Shown one piece after another: positions 25,981-39,000 of a DNA stretch of 64,000 nt. The stretch is from Nemertoderma westbladi (lineage: Eukaryota; Animalia; Xenacoelomorpha). Made by a program: the position numbers and the translations under genes. The stretch lies in assembly GCA_032718475.1 (NCBI GenBank), contig JAUCBJ010008517.1:55181-119180 (forward strand), given 5' to 3'. Position 1 is the stretch's first letter; every line of letters begins with the position of its first letter. Under the pieces are notes generated by a model. That model was not told the DNA's origin, searched no databases, and saw only the letters and a program-made list of their open reading frames with translations.

Positions 25981-26911
25981 TTGACTATGTTCTACGCATG
26001 TCCTTAGATCATCATAATGATGATGGGGTGATGATAACTCCGCCTACTGGCTCCAGAAGTCGAGGAAATCCTGCCAAGTACCTAACTGATCTAGACTTTG
26101 CTGATGACTTAGGAGTACTCTCAGAATCACTAGAGGGAGCCCAAAGGCTCCTCAGCTCATTAGAACATGCTGCTTCTAGTGTTGGTCTTTTTATTAACTC
26201 CAGAAAGACCAAAATTTTGACAGTTAACTTTGAAAGTCCTCAGCAAGTCTCTGATCGGATGAGCATAAGCTCAAAAGATGGTATGCTTGAGCATGTGGAT
26301 GACTTCTGTTACCTGGGATCATGGATCCGGAAGTCAGGTGAGGACCTTCGAATACGTAAGGGAAAGGCATGGGCAGCCTTGAATAGGCTTTCCAGGATTT
26401 GGAAGTCACCGAGAATTAATCGGAAACTTAAGGTCCGGTTATTTAGAGCAGCAGTAGTTCCAGTACTCCTCTATGGGAGTCCATGCTGGGCTCTAACTGC
26501 TGAGGACACCAAATCTCTGGATGGCACATTCACAAGAATGCTACGCCGGGTTCATTGTATCAAGTACAATGCACACATATCCAACCAGACACTATATAAC
26601 ATTGGAGGTGTCTCATTGGTTCCCCCAAGCTTGACACTAGAACAAAATCGCCTCCGCTTTGCAGGACATTGCTTTCGCTGTGAGGACCAGCCAGTGCATA
26701 ATCGTGTACTTTGGCAGCCTCATGGAGTGAATAAGCATGGTGGACAGCCCATGACTTTCTTGAGACGCATCTTAAAGGACACTGGCCTTGAAGATGCGGA
26801 TGATCTAGCAAATGTCATGGGTGATAGGGAGTTGTGGCGGTGCAATTTTGTCGATAAGCCGGCACAGCATTCTTAAAAATGCAGCTGCAATGCAGCATGC
26901 CGATCCTAGTA
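25981..26911 (+). mobile_element. 5'-truncated RTE-clade LINE fragment with open RT C-terminus
   Basis: ORF 25944-26876 contains DLDFADD, DFCYLGS, RKGKAWAA, PVLLYGS and RLRFAGHC. Poly-G tracts on both sides. Confidence 0.92.
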
Positions 26912-28515
26912 GGGGGGGGGGGGGGGCTCCTTCCTTAACCAGTGGAGGACGACGGTCGAGAAAATGTAAAAATTTTGCTGTTGCAAAAGTAAGGGGCTTC
27001 TGCTTTCAGAGGGTGAAATAACAAGAAACTTTGCCTTACATTTTCATCCTATTATGCATATATGGTTGGTCATTGATTGATTGGTGAGGTCATTGACAGC
27101 AAAATGTCCCCGCATTTGGTAAACCAAATTTTACCAAAACTGGACAAACCTACATACGAGTATTCACAGGAATACTGGACTTTGTAGATATAATTACCAT
27201 GTTGTTGGAAATTTGTCTAGTTACTTTTTATAGTTTTTGTAATAATATATCCACGGCCCTTAGCGGGAAGCTTCCAAACTTTTTAGATGAAAATGTTATC
27301 TGCCACGCCTCTTGCGGGAGTGTTCCCGACCTTTTGGATCGACATGTTATAAATTGGCCACTCAGTGGTCTCCTTAGCTACCAATCAGATCGCTTCCTGA
27401 GAAGGCATTTAAGGGTCTGCTCAGCACTTTTATACCATTCTACAACCTCGGTGTCGACAACCTTTAGTGCCTTATGCAAACCACTGCTCCACAATTTCGT
27501 ATATTAAATGTTTTGCTTTTAGAGTAGAGCCTATTATATGATTATTGATTATTATACTGGTCGCTCATATAAAAATAATGTTTTCTTAATTACAAGAGAA
27601 TCTATACCTACCTACATTTACATTGGGTGGCTCCCAATAATGTAGATGTAAGTAGGCAAGAGAGTTTTCATTACTTTAGCTGCACTCCCATCGGCGTTAT
27701 TACATCGAAGGACTTTCTCTCACACCTCAGAAAATCGACAACGCCCAGTTTTCGCCACAACCTAGTAGAAATAGTAGTAAAATAATACAATTTTCATAAA
27801 CAGGTACTATTGATGACTTGTTTTATTTGTCTTTACTTCGGCTGAGACTGTTAATTATAATAACGAACCTGTCTTTAGACTGGGTAGTTTTTGTCTAAAG
27901 CTGAGGCCGGCAAAAATACGATGAATGTATGTCTGTATGTATGTTTGTTTGTTTGTTTAATTTTTGTATGTTTAATGTATAACCATCAAATGGCTTCAAC
28001 ACCACTTGCATGTAATGGAAAATTGTAAACGAAAGTATTTATCAATTATTATTAAGTTGTTGAATAAAAAAAAGTTGGGAACGATTCGATGTCGATATTG
28101 GAAATATTAGCATATTATCAACATTATGGAACGCGAAATTAAATACCCACAACTACACTTTGACAGCTGAACAACATTTCACTAATTATTGTCAATGAGA
28201 TACGTACATAAAATAATTATATATCGTTAATTATTGTTCTATCTCTATTCAGTCAGGTATTGTAATGCCAAGCAGTACAGTCATTTATATATCGTATCCA
28301 TGGGGACCTATTGTCATTTATACATCATTATAATACTGTCCTAAACTCAGGCTAAGCGCAATTGTAATGTAAAGGTATGGGCGCCATTTGGGCCAAAAGA
28401 AAATAATAATCAATACATTAGAAATGGTGTCTAGAAATAATGGTGATTATTATTTTTTCTCTGAATTGGAGGTGATTATTTTTTAGTACAAGCGCCGTTT
28501 GGGCCAAAACTGAGT

Positions 28516-28530
28516 GGCGGGAAATTTGAA
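28516..28530 (+). promoter_or_regulatory. E2F/CHR-like motif GGCGGGAAATTTGAA upstream of synaptotagmin
   Basis: Motif match only. Similar motifs occur near 23320 and 42741. Confidence 0.25.
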
Positions 28531-30033
28531 CTTGAGTGAACAATCTGTTACTGGCTGGCTAGCTGCTTGGTACCTTTATTGCCTTATAGCAGCAGTATAC
28601 CGGTATACTGTTATAGTGACAGTAAAAGCTCAACCACATTTTTATCGTACTGATCATATTTTCTGACGCTTGAGGTCTATACCGATCCCCCGGTAGGCCT
28701 ATATAAAACCTTCGATTATACCATGAATCACCAACCAGCTAACCGCCTGCTATTAATAGGCCTAAGTTTATGGTTACAATGATTTGAAAAGAGGGGATGA
28801 CCTGGCATTCAGACCCCAAAATGTCATACGGGAACCGCTGCTGAGAGAGCAACTAGAAGATGGCGATGAGCCTGGACTGCGATCTGCCATAAGGGGAGCA
28901 GAGCATTCAATGTGGATTAACTTTGAGTAGACTTATGGAAGATTTCACAACCTTTCATAGGAGGCTTGTACATGTACATTATATTGGTTGCTCTGAGTCT
29001 GATGTTTGTATTAGGCTAACTGATAATGTATTAGGTATAAATAATTAGTGTTCTTTTTTTTATTTATCTAATACAGAAAGAGTGTTGCACGAGTGGGTAG
29101 GATTTTTGCACAAGAGAGGTGCGAAACAAATACAGAAAACAAATAAAGGTATATCCTAAATACCCAACAGACAGACAATGCAAAAAATCTTTTCCTAGCT
29201 AAATTTTTCTTCAAACTTCCATCTTGTAAATAATGTAAACGTAAGCTGTAACCATGGAGCCAACCCAATTAATTGTTTGGTTCTGGGCTTCTCATTGGTC
29301 AACTGCCAGCAGGTAGGCAGCCAATTAGTTTCTGATGCCCATTTAAAATAACTTTACCATTACAACTCTTCACCATTGATAAGAATTTGATCAGGTAGTA
29401 AAGGTGAATTGGTGATTGGTGCGGTTAGCGGTTGTATCTGTGGCTGGCCACGAGAAAAGGGACCTTATGTTGCAAAACCTGATTCTGATATAATCGCGTA
29501 ACAAAATCCCAAGATTCTTGGGGTTTTGCTTTACTACAAGGACAAGGAGCAGGTTGCACAAAACTGATTTTCACGGAGACAGAGTGGAAAACTTAACGGA
29601 TATCCCATCTTAATATCGCCTGAATGTTAAATTATCAATTGAAGGAATGAAACAGGTCACAGTGGCACTTTATTGTAACCAAAACAATAAACGAAAAATC
29701 AATAGAACATATTAAATGTTACGTGCAACCGGCCCCTGGTGTTGTTACCTTATAGGTGAATTTTCAATTGTATTTCAGAGCGTACGCGTACAATATATAT
29801 CCGGTATAGATATTTCCTCTGCTCTATATATACAGTATATGGCTAACATACAGCAGTGATACAGTATTACTTGGACATCCATTTTAATGTAAACAAACAT
29901 TTAGGAGTCTAGCCAGAAGATGTCTGTCAGTGTTGGAATGTGTTGGTCAGTAAGTGCTGGTTTGTGATGGGCCACCACTGTGTTGAACAAATATTAGTTA
30001 TTAAAGATTAAGACTGTCATTGGAAGACAGTTG

Positions 30034-30067
30034 ATGATGCATCCTGCATTAAACAGAAATGTATCAG
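30034..30067 (+). CDS. Synaptotagmin first coding exon (MMHPALNRNVS)
   Basis: First in-frame ATG after TAG at 29995. Strong donor TCAG|gtaagt, and phase 1 fits exon 2. Confidence 0.7.
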
Positions 30068-33000
30068 GTAAGTTACTTTGTAGGCCTAATGGTATATGAG
30101 GACAGGAAAGGGGGCGGGAGGGGGCCTTGACGCATGCATATCCCCCTTGGCAAATTAATCTATTTTCAGATTTCAGTGATGGATTAAGGGAAAGGAGCTG
30201 GAGCAGGTTACAGTGGCACGCTATTCTACCCAGAACAATAAACGAAAGTAGAGGGAGGATTTTTACTCATTACCCCCCCACCACCACCCGTTACTGGGTT
30301 TATGATTATATATAATATTAATGATATGCTAATTATTTTGAGAACAACCTTTAGGGCAACAACTTAACGTTAATTTGTAATTTAAACACGAGTCGACAAT
30401 TCGTAGGTGATAATATTATTATATTTAACAAGATATTGGTTTTGCTCTCTGCTGCTGTTAACATTGTTATTTTATATAGGCCTACATTATTTATAGTATT
30501 AATATTAATACACTTGCTTACTGAGTAACTGCACGTTGCTTATTAATGCAACTGTGTTATAATTGATATTATTATAATATGGTTTGACGCTTGTGGGTTG
30601 AGCGTTGATTCAACCCCTTGTGACGTGCATCCTCGTTTTTTTCTCCATATTATAATAATAATATCTGGGTATAGCTACAGAATTATATATATTTTTTATT
30701 TTTTTATATGATTAAAGACAGAGGGATTGCGCAAAACAAAGAGTTCATGAAAAACCAAAACAAATGTAAGAAATTTTTGAGGAAAAAAAACCTTTAATTA
30801 ATTGGGAAATAAATTACTTTTCGTTGACGATTCTGTTCCACATTGTTCCACATTGTTCCACACTGTTCCACATTGTTCCACATTGTTCCACATTGTTCCA
30901 CATTGTTCCACACTGTTCCACATTGTTCCACATTGTTCCACATTGTTCCACATTGCTTTATCTTGCTACTTTAAGTGGATATGGTTTCCCAATTAAATAG
31001 ATGATTTAAAATAAAGTACGAAGTGGTTGCAGTTGCGTAGGATCTTTGAGGAGGTAAGTATCAATTAGGGATGCATTTGAGTGTGTGGGTGGCTAGTTCG
31101 GCCAGTGTGTGGGTGGCTAGTTCGGCCAGTGTGTGGGTGGCTAGTTCGGCCAGTGTGTGGGTGGCTAGTTCGGCCAGTGTGTGGGTGGCTAGTTCGGCCA
31201 GTGTGTGGGTGGCTAGTTCGGCCAGTGTGTGGGTGGCTAGTTCGGCCAGTGTGTGGGTGGCTAGTTCGGCCAGTGTGTGGGTGGCTAGTTCGGCCAGTGT
31301 GTGGGTGGCTAGTTCGGCCATTGTGTGGGTGGCTAGTTCGGCCAGTGTGTGGGTGGCTAGTTCGGCCAGTGTGTGGGTGGCTAGTTCGGCCAGTGTGTGG
31401 GTGGCTAGTTCGGCCAGTGTGTGGGTGGCTAGTTCGGCCAGTGAGTTTGTTGGTCAGTCGGTCGGTGGGAAGGCGCGGGTGGGAGGGAAGATGGGAAGGG
31501 AAGGTGGGAAAAAGTGAATGTGGGATGGTGGGTGGGAATGGGGGAAGGTGGATATGGATAAGCTTTTAAAAAACTAAACACTAAACGATATTGTTACCAA
31601 TTTAGGGAATTGAGCAGGTTACAGCGGCGGGGGTTTCTAACCCAAAAAATAAACGATGTTGTTTCCAATTAAGGGAAACGAGCAGGCTATTTGCTTTTCT
31701 AACCAAAACAATATACGTCTTCTCACATTCCCATTCATCTACCCATATTCTCATCCATCCAAAATATTTTCACATTCCCATCTCCCCACATTCCCACCTT
31801 CCCACAATACTAAATTAATAAGATTAAAAATATATATATCTATTATATATGCATTAATTTATTTTATTAGTCCCTAAAACTTATACCTTTTCAACTGAAC
31901 TAAATGGATTTTTTAATTTAATTTGTTTTCACTAAAATATTTTAATTATCACTAAAGTATGTTTTCTTCTTATCAAAAATGTAACTGTATACGATTTAAT
32001 TATGTTTATTGTTTTTGTTAGAATAACGTGCCCCTGTAACTCACTACTTTCCATTATTTAGTGATCAATGATAGATTATAGCGATAGTTAATATTTTAGT
32101 GATCTTCCTGTTAAAATTCAGAGAAAAATAATTATTAGAAAAGTCGATAAATGACCTTAATTGGCTTTTCTCGCTGTTGAAAATATAATTAATTGCAACA
32201 ATAATTATATAGTACTACCCTGTTATTTTATAGTTGAAGTACACAATGTTGCTGTTATTGTGGGGAGCTGTCTAGCTATTGTTTGCGTTATCGTGTTTTC
32301 CCTGGTGTTGTTTATTGTGTTTCGGTGGTACAAACTCCGCCGTCGGAATTCGCATTCAGGTAACGACGGGGAACCGCGTCGCTTAATACCCCGAGACAGC
32401 CACGGTAAACTGGTACAGAGCGCTCATATCAATGAGGTAATGTCATTATTGGGGAAAGTTTATGTTTAGGGTCAGTTACATTATAAGTTTGTTAGGGTTT
32501 GGTATTAAGAATTTTCATTTTGATTCAAAAACTCTTGTTTTGCATATCAAAGTACCTTAATTAGAAAAAATTGACCTTTCAACCACCCCCCCCCCCCTCC
32601 CCCCCACCCCTCATTTCCACACTGCAGAATCATCGATCCAAAATACACCAGAAATAATACGCCGTCTTATATTGATATATTTGGTTTAAACGAATTATTG
32701 TGGAACGTAATACCAGATGCTTTGACACTAAGCTAACCCAGGTTAGTTTAGTTACCGGAACTACTAAAGGGAAGCCAGCTCCCAATTAATCCCGTGCCTA
32801 TGAATAATTTCGGTAATGGCATTGCGCATCAGTTCAGTTTTGTAAGCTATTGTGGCAATCCTTTGTAATCCCTTCCAAACTAATTCCTTGATTTGAATTC
32901 TAGCCGTACCATTTAGAAACTTATAATCTACAGCCCGTGTGATACGACATGGGACGATAATGGGTGGGTGGGTGGGTGGGTGATTGGGTGTTAGTGAAAT

Positions 33001-36000
33001 AATTAATAATTCGACTTTATCGCAGGTAAAGCAATGCGATAGTCCCAGTTCTGACTACGGCAGTCGATCAGAAAAGGATGAAATGCCTCATGAGTTTCCA
33101 ATACGACCTGTGGCATTCAACAGGTTGGTTTATACTTTCAATGTTTCACCACCATATGTACCGTACGCAATGTGCCTGTAAACGCCGTCGATTCCTTAAT
33201 GACGCAGACCAGGTAAAGATGATATAAATTTATTTGACAAAATAATAAATGTTTGAGAAAATTTCAAAATAATGGTCAGGAAAATATATTAAAAGTTCTT
33301 GAGAAAAATATAAATTTACATATTTTAACAAAGCAATTAATATTGTGTCACGTCCACAGTGAAGTTAACGACGACTCGTAAACAAACAGTATAGCGAGCT
33401 ACATTATTATGCCCGCATTCTCGCCCCATGTGAAGAATACCAAGTTTTCACTTTTTCAGTCGAAACTTTACTGAAATTTTATACATGAAGAATTGTTTCT
33501 TTTTTTAAATCTATCCTTAGTAAATGTTTTAAAGCGCTTATTTATATCGTGTACCGTAACCTGTACAAATACTAATTGATGGGTTGATGGAGCTTTTTAT
33601 ACGCAATCAATATTCAACCCTCTCCAGGGAATATCACACAAATAACAGCTGATTAAACCCGAAATAACACCGTAAACTTTCTATTAACTTTAGTTTATTG
33701 TTTTGGTTACAATATCGCGACACTGTACATACATCTATTGGTGTATTGGTATCTTAACATTGAGAGGAGATAATATATACACCCCACCACTACCCCTTCC
33801 CCTCTGTCTCCGCTCCTGACAGCCAACCGCCAGTACAATATATTTCAGCGATCTCTTAACTAACACTTGTTATGTAAATTACAAGGAGACTAAGATCAAA
33901 GAGTAATTATGTATGTAGGCCTACATTGGCGTTAGAGTAGAACCGTGCATGTCGTTCCTATAATATAAAGCAGGGAGCGGTAATACAGTAGAGTTGTAAC
34001 CACTAACCCGCTCACGGGCTACTGAGTGATATATATATATATACAGTATATCCTTCACTAGTAAAAGCTCTGTGTCCTCTGTGTTTCTCTAAACCCTGTG
34101 TTCTGTGTAAATTTTGAATTGTATTATTATAACATCGGTTGTAAAAGGCTATATTACTTATTATCTGTACGGAATTTGGCACGTACCTGTCGCCAAATAA
34201 TCTCAATTGCACCCAGTTGATCGCATTAAAATGTTTTATATCTCCCATTGGGTCGGGGTGATATGACACTCTGCAGTAGCTATAGTTAGTGTGCTATATA
34301 AAGTAACGTGGATGGGAAAAAACAGTAAATATATAAAGTGCCCCTCAGTGCCACAATAATCGTCCCGGTATATTACACAGTGTTGTGCTGTGCAAAATTG
34401 GTTAATTATTATAGATCAATAATCTGTGATTGCGTTGAAGTCTTCCCCCCCTCCCCCCCCCCCCCCCCCCCCCGGGGAGGTTGTATAGCTCGTTGCGAAT
34501 CTCAGAGAACTAAATGTATTCGATTTGGGACAGTTTCTAACGTTGTTGTTTAGAAACCTGTGTTCTAAATTCAATTTAACGCCTGTCATTTAAAGGTCCA
34601 GGAATTCAATATTATTTAAATTGCATTTTATTTCGTTAAAGTTGATTAAATTGGTTGTTTATTCCCTCTCACGTTCTCCTCTTTAGGGGATTGGCCAAAC
34701 CATCAATACCGACCTACGGAAAATGGCATCCGCAATCAGGATATGAATTGAAATTCACCTAAAACTCAGTCCAGGATTTGGTTGATTCGTAGCAAAAGAA
34801 ATTACCACCATATGAATTGAAGAATCTTTTAGGCTCATTAAGCCAAGGAATCGCCTGTTCACCACCATGTTTGATCTTCCACAGTAAACCCTTCCACTCT
34901 GTTTCCTAAATGAATCCCTGTTCACCACCATGGGTGATCTTCCACCTGAAACCCTTCCACTCTGTTTCCTAAAGGAATGCCTGTTCACCACCATGGGTGA
35001 TCTTCCACAGTAAACCCTTCCACTCTGTTTCCCAAGTGAATGCCGGTTCACCACCGTGTGTGATCTTCAACAGTAAACCATTCCACTCTGTTTCCTATAG
35101 GAATGCCTGTCCACCACCATGGGTGATCTTCCACAGTAAAACCTTCCACTCTGTTTCCTAAAGGAATGCCTGTTCACCACCATGGGTGATCTTCCACAGT
35201 AAACCCTTCCACTCTGTTTCCCAAGTGAATGCCGGTTCACCACCATGGGTGATCTTCCACAGTAAAACCTTCCACTCTGTTTCCTAAAGGAATGCCTGTT
35301 CACCACCATGGGTGATCTTCCACAGTAAACCCTTCCACTCTGTTTCCCAAGTGAATGCCGGTTCACCACCGTGTGTGATCTTCAACAGTAAACCATTCCA
35401 CTCTGTTTCCTAAATGAATGCCTGTCCACCACCATGGGTGATCTTCCACAGTAAACCCTTCCACTCTGTTTCCTAAAGGAATGCCTGTTCACCACCATGG
35501 GTGATCTTCCACAGTAAACCCTTCCACTCTGTTTCCCAAGTGAATGCCTGTTCACCACCATGGGTGATCTTCCACAGTAAACCCTTTCACTCTGTTTCCT
35601 ATAGGAATGCCTGTTCACCACCATGGGTGATCTTCCACAGTAAAACCTTCCACTCTGTTTCCTAAAGGAATGCCTGTTCACCACCATGGGTGATCTTCCA
35701 CAGTAAACCCTTCCACACTGTTTCCCAAGTGAATGCCGGTTCACCACCATGGGTGATCTTCCACAGTAAACCCTTCCACTCTGTTTCCTAAAGGAATGCC
35801 TGTTCACCGCCATGGGTGATCTTCCACAGTAAAACCTTCCACTCTGTTTCCTAAAGGAATACCTGTTCACCACCATGGGTGATCTTCCACAGTAAACCCT
35901 TCCACTCTGTTTCCCAAGTGAATGCCGGTTCACCACCATGGGTGATCTTCCACAGTAAACCCTTCCACTCTGTTTCCCAAGTGAATGCCGGTTCACCACC

Positions 36001-39000
36001 ATGGGTGATCTTCCACAGTAAACCCTTCCACTCTGTTTCCTAGAGGAATGCCTATTCACCACCATGTGTGATCTTCCACAGTAAATCCTTTCACTCTGTT
36101 TCCTAAAGGAATGCCTGTTCACCACCATGTGTGATCTTCCACAGTAAACCCTTCCACTCTGTTTCCTAAAGGAATGCCTGTTTACCACCATGTGTGATCT
36201 TCCACAGTAAACCCTTCCACTCTGTTTCCTAAAGGAATGCCTGTTCACCACCATGTGTGATCTTCCACAGTAAACCCTTCCACTCTGTTTCCCAAGTGAA
36301 TGCCGGTTCACCACTATGGGTGATCTTCCACAGTAAACCCTTCCACTCTGTTTCCTAAGTGAATGCCGGTTCACCACCATGGGTGATCTTCCACAGTAAA
36401 CCCTTCCACTCTGTTTCCTAAAGGAATGCCTGTTCACCGCCATGTGTGATCTTCCACAGTAAACCCTTCCACTCTGTTTTCCAAGTGAATGCGGGTTCAC
36501 CACCATGGGTGATCTTCAACAGTAAACCCTTCCACTCTGTTTCCCAAAGGAATGCCTGTTCACCGCCATGTGTGATCTTCCACAGTAAACCCTTCCAATC
36601 TGTTTCCCAAGTGAATGCCGGTTCACCACCATGGGTGATCTTCCACAGTAAACACTTCCACTCTGTTTCCTAAAGGAATGCCTGTTCACCACCATGGGTG
36701 ATCTTCCACAGTAAGCCCTTCCACTCTGTTTACTAAAGGAATGCCTGTTCACCACCATGGGTGATCTTCCACAGTAAACCCTTCCGCTCTGTTTCCTAAT
36801 GGAATGCCTGTTCACCACCATGGGTGATCTTCCACAGTAAGCCCTTCCACTCTGTTTCCTAAAGGAATGCCTGTTCACCACCATGGGTGATCTTCCACAG
36901 TAAGCCCTTCCACTCTGTTTCCTAAAGGAATGCCTGTTCACCACCATGGGTGATCTTCCACAGTAAACCCTTTCACTCTGTTTCCTCAAGTTAAGTTACC
37001 ATGTTTCCCTTTTATCGACCAGTAAACGATGAAAGCCTGGGTTGGGCAAGGCTGCAGCATTTAAATCACTGTGCCCAAATTGTCCTGCCCCATTTAGGGA
37101 TCGAATCGGGGGTTCCTGATTGGATCCCAGGAATGTCACCACAGACCAAGCTGCTCCTGTATATTATATATTATATAAATGTATATATATATGCTGCTAT
37201 ATATAATTACCACCATATCAATTAATTTATATTATTTTCACGTTATTGGTATAAAACATGTATGGGGATTATCTGACGTGACCGTTTTTGGATGTTTGGT
37301 CTCTACTGTAGCTCCTATATTGTAACGAGACCGTTTTATTAATATTCTAACCGTAATAAGTTTGAGGTTGTAGTTGTACAGACAACTTTCAATGATCAAT
37401 CATCGCATGGCAAATAGTCGCAGTTATGTTTATGAATTTTTTACAGAAGCTACAAAGGTATCGCTAACGCCCCATTGATAAGGTCAACGACCTTAACCTA
37501 CCCGACTCCATGGGTCGCCGCCGAACCTAATAGACGATTCAGTTGGGGGGAGGGCGTGGAATCAAGCGCCTCTAGCGGCGTAGCGGAGAATAAGTCAGAG
37601 TCACAAGCGTGCGCCATAGACGAAGGAGTTGTCATGGAGACTCCAATAGACGACTGCGATTACGGATCGCCTATGCTACTCCATGTCGGTCTCCAATACG
37701 ACGCCGATGCTCGTACGCTATTGGTTACTGTCCATCGCGCCTCGAACCTTCGACCAATCAATGGGCGTCTCGACCCTTTCATAAAGGTACAACTAATGCC
37801 GGGTAAACGAGTCAAGGCGAAGACGCGGGTTATTGGCCAGTCTACCAACCCGGTTTATAACGAGACTTTCCAGTTCGTCAACATTAAACCGGCAGACCTC
37901 CGCGAGGTGGCGCTGCACTTTATCGCATTGGACCACGACCGGCGCCGTAAGAATCCTGTTGTTATTGGCGAATCGATGTTCCCCTTGGAGAGGTTCGATA
38001 CCACTGGTAACCATGGTCACGTTGTTACCATGGAAATATTTGAGATAAATTCCCAGGTTTGATTATTTAAAGTAATCCCTTTGTGTGGGGCGAGTCATGT
38101 AAGTCCTCCAGGTGAGCCTTAGCGTAGGGGTAATTATTGGAGCCGCCTTTCGTCGTCGTGGTCAAAAATGTTTGAAAGCGAATAAGTCGGTAAATCTTTA
38201 ATGAAATGGAACATAACTTGGTAAAAGTAAAAGTAAAAACATGTATTCTATAATAAATTTTGAAATTCTACACACAGACAGACTTTTATAGTTAATCTGT
38301 CGACCGCTAGGGGGCGAATAACTAGGTCCACTAATCGTACCTCTTCGGAAAGACTCATGTGGACTTAAGTGCTGCGCGAAGTTCCCACGTACTTGTCTTT
38401 GAATAATTCTCTCTATTTGTTTAATGACTGAAATGCAATTCGTATATTATTTATGGTTACGGTCGGTAACGGTACGATACATGGTATAACAATCACTTTA
38501 TCCCAACGAAATATAAGTGGACAGAAAGCATAATGGTTTTTATCTTACAGTTAGATATTCGTAGCTGGTATTATATTTCACGTCATTGAGCACCAGTATA
38601 ATTGACTTTATGAATAAACACTTATCTCCCTTGTTTGTTATTATTGAATTATTAATGCGATAGATTTATCGATCTTTACCTTTCTATTATTATATACCAA
38701 CTACAGTTAGATAGGCTGTGCATATGCTGTGCGAACAGTATACAGAGCACGTTTCCCGAGCATATTTCGTCGAGGCACACATACCACAAAGTGTTAAAAG
38801 ATCTATTTGATTGGCTTCACTTGGCCAGTATTAATTTATTGTACAAAATTATTTTTCCATTATATTTCCCAATATGTCCCTTTCCTAATACACCACTTTT
38901 CTAATAATATGTTACTTTACCAATGAAGAACTTTTCCAATATGTAACATGTTGAGCATGTTATTGTTTGATTTTTTTGGAAGACCCTAGTGGCTAATTGT

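Noticed and set aside
31061-31569. ORFs AELATHTL / VWVASSAS repeats, and similar ORFs at 34755-36989 and 46326-46607
   Set aside because: They are translations of intronic minisatellites with no splice or homology support.
34687-34762. Extra synaptotagmin exon after the strong acceptor ctcctctttag
   Set aside because: In the required phase it reaches TAA with no GT donor before it, and exon 3 joins exon 4 in frame without it.
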